This document shows positions 18,501-33,200 of a stretch of 64,000 nucleotides of DNA, piece by piece. Origin of the DNA: Trichoplax sp. H2 (taxonomy: Eukaryota). The stretch lies in contig NOWV01000118.1 in assembly GCA_003344405.1 (NCBI GenBank), forward strand, positions 62,001 to 126,000, given 5' to 3'. The notes beneath the pieces were generated by a model. The model saw nothing but the letters and a program-made list of their open reading frames with translations. It was not told where the DNA came from and ran no database searches. The translations under genes and the position numbers were made by a program. Each line of letters begins with the position of its first letter. Position 1 is the stretch's first letter.

Positions 18501-21500
18501 CATTTCGTAAAGTAATAAAGGTTTATGCTTTAGAGTAGATAAAATGCTGTTGTATTTTAATTTACGGTTATGTTTTGTTGATAAGTTAAATAAATCGAAT
18601 TTAATATATTCCTTCACTATCTTGCGTTATTCGTTACAACAGAGAGTAGAAATAAATAGATAGATTTCTATCATGATTATTAGAATTAAAAGTAATTTTT
18701 TAATTAGTAGATAATTGCTAACAATAGTGTCTGGATAATTTAATTAGTATGTCATACTGTACTAAAGTCATGTAAATAGTGAAGGAGAAAGGCTATTGAT
18801 TTTCTATCGATTCTTTAGAGTGACATAAATAAAAACCAATTTTGACTTTTAAAATCGAAATTAAATCGGCTCCATTTGTTTATTCTATGCGATTTCTGCA
18901 AATAATGTAAACTTTATTAATTTGATATATTAAGAAATTGAAATCTAGTAAATATCTGTGGAATTTAATTAGAGATGAGAAAGTTAACATTTTTATAACA
19001 ATATTTAATACTGCAAAAATATAGTGCTAACATTGGATATCCTAATAGTTCATATCACATTGGTAATACACTATACTAATAAATGTTCTAGTAAAGACTT
19101 CAAGAATTAATTTATGAAAGCAAACCATAAGTTTTTAAAAAAGTTTCAAGCATCTTTAAGCTTACTAGTATCGAATACGATAATAATTATAATATACGTG
19201 ATTGTGAAAGAATAGACGAGAAATAGAGTTTTACTTCTGACATCGATAGTGTAAATTAAGGTCATTCTATTCAAGAGTGTTAATGCAAAGTAGTTCAGCA
19301 CCAGTAGTTAAGGAAGATAAAGCTACGTAGAAAAATGTACTTAAATTTATCATTTTGTCACGAATACACTAATGACATGAGATGATATTTTTCTGTTGTA
19401 TTTCCGATTAATTTTTCAACATAATATCTTTAATTATATCTTCTTCCATTGATTATATCTTCTTCCATTGATTCAGTCATCTTGTTCATCACAACGATCC
19501 TTATTTCATCAATAATTGAATATCTCAACTGGGAAAAATTATTGATAGTTTTCTTTCAAATTCAATTCTTTTATGAAAGCTGAAATTATCTACTGCAAAT
19601 GCTGACCATAAAATTCAATTTATTTAATTATGACGACTTTCTTTATTATTATATTCGTTTTCTTCCCCTATTAATAATATATAACTAACAAAGGTTGATA
19701 TCTATCTCGAATGTATTTATTAATAAATTCAAGTTTTTATTTTCATTTATTATTAATATATTTTTAATTAATATCTATCAAGATGTTATTTTAACGTTCT
19801 ATGCAAATGTTGTTATCTAATTAAAGTGATTAATAGAAAACATTTTTTTTATTTTAATTAGATAATGAAAGAATGAAATTATTTTTTTTAGTCTTTCATC
19901 TTGAGTATAATACAAGGTTAAAATCTAATTCACATATTTATTAACATTAGGAATTGAGAAATGATTAATATCCATTCGGCAGATATTGTTGTTGATATTG
20001 AAACAATAGTTTAATTACCGTTAATGTCGATGGAATCTATTGAAATTTTACTTTAATTAATTTCGATAATTATTCAACGCTTGAAACATGATATTATACC
20101 TATTGATTCTCACTTTTTATACTTCCACGTATTTTAGTTGATGATATTCTACTTGTAAAGATTGACAATCCAATCTCTTACGTCAATTCAACATTGCAAT
20201 TAAACTATTATGTAGGTTTTTCCATTCATTCGCTTAACTTGATATATCGATAGCAATAGTGATGCAGAATTCATTATCTATTTAATCTACATGTAGATAT
20301 ACGACGTCTAAGCTTCTGTAGTCGAAGGGTATCGAACTAATACGATTTTAAATCATCAGCACAATCGTTGGATAAAAATACTAGTTTAATTGAGCAATTG
20401 AATAAATTTTGATGCTTTGCTCAAGCCATAACGGACTAGCTGAATAATTTCAATCATAAGTTGGATTTGAATTAAAATCTGTTATTTCTTCACGTCTACA
20501 TCCAATCATTTGAAGGTAAGTTGAAGAAATAAATAAATAATCTTGTCATAAAATTCTGTTTGAAAATGTTGTAGTCATGATATCAATATTGACCAAATCG
20601 GAGTCCTTTTTCTTGACGAAATGGTCCCTCTAGTACACTTTTTCGGATATGGTTGTTTGGTATTTCTACCTTTTTACTTTAAAATTTTGATATATAGCTC
20701 TGCATGGTAAATTCCCTTGTAGATACACATTTTGTTGTGAGACTAAAGCTGAATGGATATTTTCCTAGAATTATCATATCATAAGTTGTACAAAACTTAT
20801 TGCTAGCAACAAAAATTAATTTTTGCCTTCGATAGGGTTGATTTTATTAGTATTCTCTTGCCAATCAATAATTTTTTCTTACTTTTTTTTTACCGGCAAT
20901 CAGTGATGTTCTGCGGCTAGTCTTTAGTTGAAATGTTCCTTAAAGCATAATGTCGATATTTGATCGGGAGCCTAACCATTATAGTTGTAGTTGTAACATG
21001 CAATTCATTAATTGTTCTTGTCTTAGCAAAGTTAGAGGTGAATATATTTAACAAACTAGACATAGCAACCTATTTTTCACTTGCCTCAATTATCAAACAT
21101 TCAACTATTGTTATCTAAAAGAATTTAAGACCACATTTATGATGTATCCTGTTTTGATTGTATTCTACGTATTATTTGCTTTTTTTCTTCCTTTTTTCTT
21201 GTTTTGTTTGATTGCATGTAATGATAATGTACTATAGTTTAGAGTAATAAGATTTTTTATTTTACTCTTGGTCTTCATTATTTCCTCTAATTGTGGTACA
21301 ATAACTATTCTTGGCTGATATGACTGTTTTATATCCACATTTTATTCAATTTTCCCTGCTTATAATACCGGTAAGCTCCATTTAATGGATACCAATTCGA
21401 CGAATTGACTGTACTCTGTAGCGATTATAGTCATCTTAGTCTATATGAATCAAGATTGGATAATGATCATTTACAGTAATTAGTATCGATGAAAGTTGTC

Positions 21501-21859
21501 ATGAGATGTAGATTAATAAGCAGTTGTAATTAACAGAATAATAATTTGCCAAATACAAACAAGGTAACGATACAGGCATACATGTATATTTAATATGGGC
21601 CTAACTGAATTGTAATCAAAGACTACAAAAAGATCACCATGGCAAAGCTACGTACGAGCTATTTTGATGCGATCAACATATTTAGATATTGCTTTTGAAT
21701 TATTCATGAATCACTATCGTCCAATTTGCCAACCATTTATAAATATCCAAGAGGACTATTATACCGTAATAATAGAATAGTATACCTCTAAACTTAATTC
21801 TAGCTGTCGTATTATTGTTGTAGTTGTGTTATTTATAATTGATTCAGGTTGAACTGTAG

Positions 21860-22330
21860 ACTATGGCATAATATTGATGTTAATTATAGCGGAAGTAGAA
21901 TGAGATGAATACACGTAAATCTATACGTTCGTAGACTCGTGTTTTACATTCTAGATTTTAAATTTATGTCGATATAGTGATCTTCTACTCCACGCTATCA
22001 TAATATCGATATTCATTGGAAGGGAACTAGAGTGAGATTAATCACCGTAAACCTATAAGTTCATAGATCAGTATTTTCGATTGTGGATAGGAAGATTAAG
22101 TTTAGGGCGACAGCGATCTTTCACTCTATTTTATATTTTAATGTTGGCATAATATCGATGTTTACCAATATCCTTGAATCTACACATACGTAGATTGGTA
22201 ATTTAGATTACATTGAGTGAGATTAATTTGATGGCAACGGTAATCTTCCACTCTACTTCATATTTTAACCATAGCATAATAAGAGTAGTTAGTTGATGAC
22301 GAAAGAGATCTTCTACTCTACTTCATAACT
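21860..22330. repeat. Highly degenerate tandem repeat
   Basis: Recurring ggcataatat (near 21865, 22146), (g/a)atcttc(t/c)actc-like motifs (near 21979, 22115, 22242, 22307) and gagtgagattaat (near 22030, 22214). Confidence 0.5.
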
Positions 22331-23329
22331 AATTACAGTAGGCTGCAGACATAATAACAAATAGAGTACTGCCCTACTAAGCCTAAATATTGATGAATAG
22401 GCATTGCTGAAAGCTCAATGCCATAATGTTTCAAATGTGGAATAGAGAAGATTGATTCCTGCTACAGACTTTCGAATAAGCATAAACGCCGCTAATAAAA
22501 GACCCTAATGCCAGTAATATTGATCCAGATGATCCATTGATTGTATCATTCATTAATCAACTTTTATTCAATATCATTGATTGTCTTAACCATCCTGTTT
22601 TCTTCTTGAATGGTCTAACTTTTCCTTTTCGCTTTCCAATCCGATTGAATTCAATTTCTATATCATACTTTTACTTCATTAAATGTAAATCAATGAAACG
22701 GTACGATAACACAGTAGTATAATTGACTTGGGATTCCTATAAAGGCCGCTGGCATCACTAGCTCATTAATATGATAGCTATGTTGCTTGTAGCTTGAAGA
22801 ACTACAATGAAGAACATCATCTTTTGTAAGCCAGATAAATCAAATATCGAGCGCTAGATCCGAATACTAATAGCTCCATTTTTGTTTGCTTTCGTTTTAT
22901 TCCCGATTAGAAGCACAATGAAGTGTTCCGTTATACCTATGGAGTAGGAATTGAGTAATAGGACTGAATGGTGCGCTACTCTGCATAGCACGCTACCTCG
23001 CTATATATTATCTGATAATGCTATACTGAATACCAACGAGGAAAATTCCAGTTTTGAGATCATTTTCTATTCAAAGTTCAGAGTACAATGCTCAAAATGG
23101 TTAGAAAAGATACTGAAATACTACTACAGTATGTTGAAGAGAGATATTTCAGTTCAGAGATGATGGTAAAGTGCTATTGATGATAAATGTAGTATAGAAG
23201 AGCAGAGACTACTAGAAAAGTGCAAACAGATTTTTTGCTAGTAGTTTCATATTACAGAGTATAGTAGCAGAAAGAAAACCATTAGTGTATAAATATCCAT
23301 GAAAGAAGGTTGAGGGTGCTGGAGGCGAG

Positions 23330-23930
23330 GAGAGTAACATCGATAAAACACAGACCTAGTACTTGGTCAAGAAAGCTTTCTTAATAGCCTGTATATATTT
23401 ATGGGTCTATATGCCTATTACTAAACGAAAGAAAAGTATTCAATATGCAAGTAGAGGTGTAGCAACGATTAATGGGCGCTAAAGGTAACGCAGAGGAATG
23501 GAAAGTAACTCAGATAAACATAAACCTAGTAGTACTATGCTAGTGCTGTGATTAATCAAGAAAGCTTTCTTAGCTGTATAGTAATAGAAGTAAAGTATTT
23601 AGTGTGTATAAGTAGACTTGGAGCAGGAACTTTTAAGAGAAAATCTTTGAAATTCTCTGAAGTGGAGTAATGGCCTATGAGTGCTAAAATTAACGCAAGG
23701 GAGTGGAGAGCAATTCAGATAAACACTGGCCTAGTGCTATGCTCGATCAGGAAAGCATTTTTAGCTGTATGGCAATAAGAAGAAAACTATTTAGTGTGCA
23801 AGTAGAAGTGTGGGGAGGTGGAAGGATTTATGAGCTGCCAAAGGTAAACACAGACCTAGTGCTGTAGGGAATTAAGAAAGCTCTCTAAGATGTCTAGTAA
23901 ACTAGCAATAAGAAGGAAACAATTTTGGGC
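23330..23930. repeat. Degenerate tandem repeat, ~4 copies of 125-205 bp
   Basis: The series aaacacagacctagt ... aagaaagctttctta ... aagtattt ... caagtaga recurs from about 23346, 23516, 23721 and 23845. Confidence 0.7.
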
Positions 23931-24039
23931 GCAAGAATATGGCAAGGGACGGTTAATGTCACTTTATATTTCACTGTATAAAGAATCCCTGAAATAAACT
24001 CTATAGTTTGGATTGCTCTGACAATATGCTAGAATCTTC

Positions 24040-24450
24040 TAAATTGGGCTAATAACGCTACAATTGCATCACTGATTTGAAATTGCTATCGTAAAACCAA
24101 GCTATTGAGGAAGGACGTTATCACGAAAAATGGATATAGAATGGAGGATAGTTTAGCTTAAATCTATTTAATCTTATATTACAAATTAGGTTAATATCGC
24201 TACGTTTCATCGCTAACTTGAGATTGCTATCCTAAACTATAGAGAATGGATATTGGTATCTAGAATAGATATGAATGGAGGATGATTTAGCTTAAATCTA
24301 TTTAATCTAATAATACAAACTAGGCTAATAGCGCTACATTTCATCTCTGATTTAGAATTGCTATCGTAGACTAGCGAGAAGGGAAGTTTTCATGTAGGTT
24401 GAATAAAGAATGGAGGATTGTTTAACTTATTAAATCTATTTAATCTGATA
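24040..24450. repeat. Tandem repeat, 3 copies of ~135 bp
   Basis: gaatggaggat...tttagcttaaatctatttaatct near 24139, 24273 and 24408, each preceded by attgctatc. Confidence 0.8.
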
Positions 24451-26277
24451 ACACAAACAGTTTAATTGTCATCATCAATGAGTCCTGCAGTATTTGACTT
24501 TGATGAAATAACCCACTTAGGCCTAGTATAGATTTGAGCATGATCAAAGAGCGATTATATCATTAATTAAATTATAGATAGAGAATTAATCGACCACCCA
24601 GCTCATGCTATTTGGCCTACTTGTTTACTGACTTGGAGAATAGTTCACCGTGTTCTATCAGTTTGTGGTACTTACTAGCTGTAAACGAAATCATGATTGA
24701 GCGTTCCATCATGTTGCTTAATGCACTAATAAGTTGGAAACTGGCTTTTCGGGAGGGCAAGTTTAAAAAATATAAGTACAGTTAATTAATAGTTCCTGGA
24801 AAAGGATGCAACAGTTTAAACTAGTCCATCTATATTAACTTACTCATAGACTATAAGTGGAAAGCAGAATCTTGTTAAACAAGTTAAATGGAAGCTATCC
24901 CCCTCCACTTAGTGCAGAAAATAATCGCAGCGGGTTCAAAGTTCAACCATGCAATCGTTCAAGGATAATCTCAAGTAGAGCATTTAATAGCCATCCTTTA
25001 AGTTCGACATTGTTAAATGATGGAATCAAGACAGGAAAGTAGCAAATACTAACTTGTAATATCTAGCCAATGCTGATTAATTTATTGCTTTCATTATTTG
25101 TTAGCAAACGCTTAGTCAGAATTGAGTCAATTCTGACTCCATCAACGAAAACTGATCCATGGAATTCTGGTCAATTCCTATCAGTTAGGACTAGCAATTA
25201 TGATCACTTTAATAATCCTACTTTGCATTACTAATGATGATATGATCGCTGCTGCTATTTATAAAGTATAAAATCTCATATGCAATAAACTCGTGGATGA
25301 TTAATTATCCAAAATATCAAAAAAGAGGATCAAAAGTAAGAAAATTAGCGTGAAGGAGGACAATAATAATGCACCTAGCCAGCCGACTTTCAGCTTCGAA
25401 TTCCAGGATTAAACCTTACCTTCATAAAAAAAATAGTAATTCACATAGTGACAATGAAGAATTGTAGATCCAATTCGAACAATTTAGCGAGTGCAAGTCA
25501 TGAGAATTACTTGAATGAAGTTACCTTAACAAATAAGATGGATAACGGTTAAAGGATAACGATGAAAAACTATTGACTAATAACTAGTAAACAGTAATGA
25601 GTCACTATTGACTAATGCATAACTCAATAAGAAATCATAAATTATAATTTATGACCAATTAAAATCTTAAAATGAATTACAAATGGCGATGAACAGTTAA
25701 TTTTAATGAAAAGGCATGGTGAACAATCCAATTATCCGTGAGGATAGTTCCTATTCCTGGAAAACTAGAAATTGCTGTACTTCATAATAGATTTAAGTGT
25801 ATAAATAACAACTGTCGTATTGAAAAGCTGCCCTATCTGTTCTACTATAAGCTCTTCGTTAATAATGATCCATTTCAGTTTGTCGACCTAATCAATGAAA
25901 ATATTAGGCTTCGTAGTGTCTCATTCTTTTTTTCTAATATCAATTTTATATACAGCAGCTTGCACACTCATTTCTATGCACAAGGCGTTATTGTTTGCTA
26001 AATTAAATTGAATTCATTTTCAACCATTACTTATCCTCTTACCATTTACGATCAGAGTAAACTATCTTTAGAATAGAAAAAAGATGAATGATATTAATTA
26101 TCAATTTATAATGAATTGTCCTAGAATAATTTTGAATCTTGCTATTCCAGCAGGATAGGTCTCACTATCCCCAATCCGTCTTCTATCACTTATACCATGT
26201 ATTATCCAAGCCATGAAACATAAACCCATCTCTCCTCCACCTGCCCATAACTCCATGTCATAGCAAGAATTTCAATC

Positions 26278-26521
26278 AATTAATTAATTAATTAATTGTA
26301 AACTTCTGACAGCATGGTCATTATAATATAATTAATTTATACTATAAATTAGATTATTCATGTTATAAAATAATTTGAACCAATCAATATGGTGGGAAAT
26401 GTATTAAGTTGTGTCTTGTAAAATCACATGATTGCCGCCATTATCATGATTGGATAGGTTTTAGCACGAGCTGATGATTTGATTTCAAAAGAAAATCTCA
26501 TTAAGCTATTCTATATATAAG
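26278..26521 (+). promoter_or_regulatory. Candidate LMO promoter region
   Basis: (AATT)5 run at 26278-26297, CCAAT/ATTGG boxes near 26380 and 26449, and TATA-like ctatatataag at 26511-26521. A plausible 5' UTR intron follows at 26813-27133 (CG|gtgagc ... ttattttag|G). Motif evidence only, in an AT-rich genome. Confidence 0.3.
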
Positions 26522-27375
26522 CCCGTAGTAAACGCAAACCTTCTAATATTGATAATAAAAAACAAGAGCTAAATTATTAACACACATAATTCAATACAGT
26601 CAGTCCCCTTGTGGAATGCAATCCATGTTATTACCATCAGAATTTTATCCAATAATTAGCTTGACTGATACTCATCCAACTCTCTATCACCTTTGACTTG
26701 TCATGCCAATGCTTGCTTTCTTCCATTTAATGGCAAATTGACTATTACATCGATTATTCTCTCAGAATCTTATTCTTTCCATGTTAAAAAAAATCGATTG
26801 CCTATTCATTCGGTGAGCTATAATTGAAGATTAAAGTTTTCGGATTGCCCATGATGTAGAATAAGCATCATTCTTTCTTTCTTCCATCACCAGTCATCGA
26901 TGGTAACGATGAATTACTCATATCGAGTAATGGATATACTTTAAATGATGGAATTAGATTTGGAAGAAATTGATTTTAAGTGTTTTCTGTTTTACGGGTT
27001 TTTCATTAATTGCAATGGATAAACAATTGCAAATTGGATATAGAGTTGGAGCTTTCCAACTTGTACTATTATCGTAACGAAATTTTATCCTTCCTCTATT
27101 AATTTTTCTTATGTTCCAACTCTATTATTTTAGGTCGATCCATTTCTTGCCTAGACTGACCGCTGTCATTAATCAACCTAAGGCAGTTTTTTTCTTCTTA
27201 ATCACTATTCGACATTGATTACTTCCTCCTCTACTTTCAACTTCAATCTATCTATATATATATATATGAGTATATATATGAGTATATCCATAAAAAAAAC
27301 TATTTTATCCGATTTATCTCTTTCTTGGTGGCTCTTTTAAATTAATCATTTTAATTACTATTGACGAACATCACT

Positions 27376-30217
27376 ATGTATACATGTGCTGGTTGTGGAA
27401 CTGAAATTCGCGATAAACATCTTCTCTTGTCGATGGATAGGCATTGGCATGTTAACTGTTTAAAATGTTCTTGCTGTGGCATAAGATTAGATGACGTAGC
27501 AACAAAATGCTATTACAAATCTGGCTTGATTTTATGTCAACGAGATTATATCAGGTGTGTTATTACTTCCATATTAATTGTTATTCTTTTAAACTTATGT
27601 ATCTATTTCTTTGATGATGAGATTTAATTTACCCAACTCAGATCACAAACTCAGACACTAAAATAAATCCGTAGTTTCTATAGTTACTATTTGTTAAACC
27701 AGGGCATGATCGAATAATATTTTTTAAATTAATCTCTTTTTATGAATTAGTTTAATTGCGTAATATTTTTTGTAAGTGCTTACCGGTACTTTTTTTCTTT
27801 TTTCGTTATCAAATTAAACCTACCTTCTATTTGATGTTATGTTTTAATATCATGGATAGTAAGCCATTTATTTTTACAAATTAGCTATTACTAGAATATT
27901 AACCCAATTTTTAAGGCAGTTCTCCGTCAGTTATAATTTTTTTTTACCTTGATCCATTTTATTAGCAATTGTTGAAAAAAAGAGGTTATAGCCGACTTAG
28001 TCGCTCTGATTGACTACAGCGTCATCTAAGTAAATGATTGGCTTCTATTTTCTTCTTGAATATATATTACAAGGTATCATTTTGACACGAAATGGTTGAA
28101 AGGATTCAGTTTAGCAATATCAGATAGAATTTATCATGACATCGATAGCACTTTTTTTAGTTATATTAAGGTTTATGTACTTATATGATTAGACTATGTT
28201 ACAGTAAATTACCATCAGATCTTAGATGATCTAATAAGTTCTTTTTCGCTACTAAGACGTGCTCAATCGACATATTTTTATCGCAATGGACCTGATTTTG
28301 CGTAAGACAAACTTATTTGATCGTAAAAAATTAAAAATCTTCTTCAAGACAGCTGCCTTCAACGAAGATATCATACAGATTCAACATTAAGGCAGTAGTT
28401 CAGCAGTAGAATCTTGAAATTTCTATTTATGCTAGCATTACAGTTCGCATTAATTTTGGTGTTGTATATATATTTAATCAATCTATCTCTTATTTTAACA
28501 CCGATCATTAATATCAATAATGCTATTTTGATGTCGTTTAAGACCAGTTATCATTTTTTCGCCATGACTGCTGACTATCATGTCATCACTAATAAATTCC
28601 ATTTATTTTGATCTCTTTTATTGACACTTTTCTTTTCATTATATACAGCCACGTTAATTGATTTCCTTTCAGTCAATTTCTTCTTAAACTTGTTTATTCT
28701 TTTCTTTGCAATCCATTGATTTAAATTCCGATTTAATTAAACCATTACATGCTGTAGGGGAATACTTAAGGGGAAATGAGGCATGATTGTTTTCGTCATC
28801 GGTAACCAAACGATTGTTCAATGTTATTCAATAATAGTTGTGAAGGCCATAACACTATTGTCTATTAATTTTTTAATTCTCATGGTAGGGAAACTAATTT
28901 ATCATAGTAAAGCATGTTAGGATTGCTAATTGAATTGCGTGGTTTGAATAAATCAAGTAATTGTTTTCAGTTGGGTGAAAGTCGTTTACTTCAATATATG
29001 TAAACTTGCTATACATAACTACATCCTCCATAGACACCGATATTTTTATAGGGATTAAATATCCTACTATTTTCTAATTATCTTCACTTATTCAACTTGA
29101 AATCGTTCAACAAAATGAAATGAAATGATTCTCATTGTCATCATATTCAACCCTGTTAGACACCAGGTGTACAAGATAACTGTAGTTGAGCATTTAAGGT
29201 TAGCTCAATTTTTCTCATCAATCGCAATCTTTTTTTAACGAATAATATCTTCAAACAATATTATGAATTAAAGGTGAAGAAAAGCAATAAGCAAGAAGAA
29301 TACGGTGTGATTCTCTTTTTTCCCCCTTGTCATTAATAGAACTTATCAATTAGAATAATTCAATCATTTTCTATTCTATTCAACCATGAAATATTATCCC
29401 AAGGTTAAATTCGTTTTAACTTTTCAATCCAAAAGGAGAGAGAGAGAAAGAGGAAAAATCGATATTTAAAATTGTACAATGACTTACTATGAGTTGCCTA
29501 AGAGAAGAAAAGAGTATTAGGTTGGCAGAGGCTACTCATCAGTTGACAAGTTTTTTATGATTTAATAACATTATGATCTGTTTCCAATTAATTTTAATTA
29601 CACCTATTATCTTTTTTGATATCATTAAAAATGATTGCTTTTATAATTAGTATAGCTCATATCACAAGATTACATAATATTCTGATTCATTGGTTTACAC
29701 TTCTACAGTATAATCATAAACTGATCTTAGCAATAAATTGATTATACTTTATTACTTCGTCATTCTTATTATGATAATTATATTGATCATGATGATTACA
29801 TATATTGATTTTTATTACTCGTTATTGTTGTTATGATAATTAATATTTATAATAGCATGGTAGTATTCTTATTTGACTACAGTATGAAATGATGATTGTA
29901 TTCTTTCATCTTCAAAGTTTCTTTATAGATCATAAAACATGTCATAATATTAAATGCCACTATTACTATTCTACAGGCGCTTTGGTAGTGGTGGCAGCTG
30001 TGCAGGTTGTCTTCAGGCAATATCACCCGACGAGATGGTTCTCAAGTTAAATCAGAGAGCTTACCATCCCAATTGCTTTACCTGTGTAGTATGTACAAGT
30101 CGATTAACATCGGGTGATCGTTTCCGACTAGTTAACGGCCATATAGTATGTGAACATCACAGTAATACATCGTTGGCTACAAAGAAGACGATGAATAATT
30201 CTTTATGCCGGAGCTAA
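27376..30217 (+). CDS. LMO4: LIM-only protein, LMO4-like, 2 coding exons, ~139 aa
   Basis: Exons 27376-27554 (AG|gtgtgt) and 29977-30217 (ctacag|G). LIM1 CAGC...WHVNCLKCSCC...CYYKSGLILCQRDYIR and LIM2 FGSGGSCAGC...YHPNCFTCVVC...GDRFRLVNGHIVCEHH. The motifs CLKCSCC, KSGxILC, GDRFxxxNG and CEH are characteristic of LMO4. Stop codon shortly after LIM2. An in-frame TAA at 27352 and no acceptor in between support the ATG at 27376. Confidence 0.93.
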
Positions 30218-33200
30218 AAATTCCGATCATTAGCTATCAATAATAATATGAATTTGAAGTCAATCTTAGTCTTACATAACATTTTATGTCGAACTGAATT
30301 TCGACAAAAAAGATACATGAAGGAGAGAAAAATTTTATTAACATTACAAGTGTTCTGATTTTAAAATTATCATCACCCACATTGCAAATGTAATAAGATC
30401 TTGAATTATTAAAATATGAAGGAAATTAAGTTGTTGAGTAAGAAATTATTAACGATTATGATAGTATTACATAATACGTATTTCTTGATTTTCCTTAAAA
30501 CCGATAGAAATTTTAAATTCGATTTGCATTTAATACAGAGTCTAGGTAATTTGGCTTTTATCCCTTAGCTACTTATTTTATAAATATAGGGCGTAATTTT
30601 GTAGTATAAAATTGTAGTGTCCTATTACAGCGATGTAAATTTCCCTATTCATAATTTTAACTTCAATCACGAAGAAAAGCACTTTTCCTTTTTATTCTCA
30701 ATTTAAAGTATATTATTCCATACTATCAAAGCTTGAGAGCATCTAAAGACGAACTAATTGACGCATATATATTCGTATATACAATAAATAAGTTGTAATA
30801 AAATGCCAACTAATTATGAACTAGTAGGTATCTCTATATAAAAATGAAAAACAGTGCTAATATAATTGCAATACTGTATATGTAATGATATTATCATTAT
30901 CACTTTTATTATATACCGTATCGTTAGACACGTATGTTCATGCTTAGAATAGCTTCTTTCGGTACAAGAATATATTGTAGTGAACGTAAAGTTCTATCTA
31001 CGGTATAGTACTTATGCAAGCGTAACATGGATAACTATTTGTCCAGGATGCAGTAGAAGGCTGACAAGCACTTTCCAACTTTATCTCATTAAAGCTATAG
31101 GCAACTATATTCGAGATGTTGTACAGCTTTGATATCGCAATAAAATTATAAAATCTAATAATGTAATCATCTCATATAAAATGTCATCAGAAATATACAA
31201 TTATCAATATTATCTTCTTGACCTTAAAACGGTAAAAACCCAAGATCAAATACTAAATTATTTGATTATCAAAACGCATTTCTGTAATCACTTATAAATA
31301 AAATTATGCATAAATTATGACAGGCTAAAGGGGATCTGGTAAATTAATCTAATGGTATCCATTTACTTTTACCTATTTTGTAAATTAAAGAACAACAAAT
31401 TCTTATTTATTATATTGGCAGTTTAATGATTATATATATATATATATGCACCTTAGCAGTTTATATCGTTCAGTACACATGGGATGACCTTTTATATTCA
31501 TGATGAAATCAATTAACTAATTAGTATTGTGTAAACAAATAGGTATATTTACTTTATGTCTTCTTAACATTGTAGTCAATTACTGGAAATAAGATAATAA
31601 TATATTATTATACTTGGCAAGTAAAGAAGCGATTAACTAATTTGTTCAAAGAAATCATTACAGAGTCGATTTGCCAAAGCAACCGATTTAAAGCTTTTTT
31701 TAAACTATCACCTGATAGGCCGTATCAATTTTTCTAATTAGTCCATGAACAGATTTATTATTAGAATATACAGTGACGTATCTAAGATACTGGGATTCTT
31801 CCGTTGGTATATCGTTATATTAAGTTATTTACTAGAATAAAAGATATAGGGATTGCTTATTTTTCGCTTACAAAATAAATAACAATAATTTATAATTGGA
31901 AAGAGATTGTTGACTGGCAGCAGAATCGTAAAATTAATATAAAATTAAGTTCATCTGCACATGTTTTCAATGATGATTAAACAATCAACTTGAAGTGATC
32001 GGTAATTAATTTTGCGATATAGCTTCAGTATCATATGCAGCTTGATGACCTATTTGCACTACCAACTGGAAGAAGCTACCATATCAGATTATGTTTCTTA
32101 CTATTATACGCGTAGTTTGTTTGATGTATCGGTAATATTATTTGTATTATTAGATACTCTACTTTAATTCTCCATAGAATAACACAAGAAAGCCTACAAC
32201 CATATATTCTACTTTTCAAATCATCTACCTCAAAGACACCATACGAGATTTTAAAATAAAGTTGATCGATAAACTTATAAACATTTTTTAAAGATGTAGT
32301 TTAGATATTTATTGCTGTAAGAGTATAACCTTAACTTTTAATTGATGATTAACTTTTTTTATGTTTTCAATACTTTAATGTAAAGAACTAAGAATAGGAT
32401 AGCTTTACTGTAAATATTGATCAAGTAGAGTAGATAGTGCTCGTACTCAATGTATGCAATATTTTGCATTTGTTTATGTTGCATGGTACCGTATTATTGC
32501 TATAAGTAGTTAGCTATATCGATTTACTATTGCATTATACTATCTTCTAATATTCGGCTATAATCAACAGAGCGCTAACTTAACAGTAGTCAATCGCCTA
32601 AACTATTACCTAATGTTACTGAATAGGATTTTTGTTAATTGATTATACTATATAATATTCGTAATATCAGTTCCATTGATCTTAATAATAAATTCATTTG
32701 AGAGCCTACAAATGATCAACTACTAGGTTGTTCTAATGTACCCGAGTCATTAAAGCTGCAACTTCTTATATCGATTCACAAGAAGAATTGAAATAAAGGT
32801 ATACTGTACCAATTCATTTTGTTAACCGTTTACAGATGTGTGTTTTATTCCGTTTATTACTGATATATCGCATACTTTATTAATCATAGAAGTCTGTTTT
32901 CATCCAAAATATATTAGAGTGTATGGTTATCTTCCCGAGTATTATCTTAATCTAGACCAAATACTTTGGAGTTGATGGTAATATCAACCATCAGACTTCT
33001 CATTATATGAGATTTCAACTGTTTAGATTTAATAGTAGTACATAATCCGATATTAGAGTAGTAATTTTTAGCTATTCTGCATCATCAATTTTAAGATAAG
33101 AAATAAATATATGCAGCAATTTCTTTCAGAACTATGATAGTAGAATTTATAGTAAAATGATAAGATCGAGCTTATTATAAACTCTATTTAACAGGGAAGA

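Noticed and set aside
19434-19471. Exact 19-bp direct repeat attatatcttcttccattg x2
   Set aside because: A simple local slippage duplication with no further structure.
15600-27300. Short hydrophobic ORFs in intergenic DNA (e.g. 17524-17769, 22537-22722, 25738-26001) and similar ones at 28414, 42584, 45324, 51035 and 61662
   Set aside because: Composition typical of AT-rich non-coding DNA (I/L/F/Y-rich), often non-ATG starts, no motifs and no consistent splice structure.
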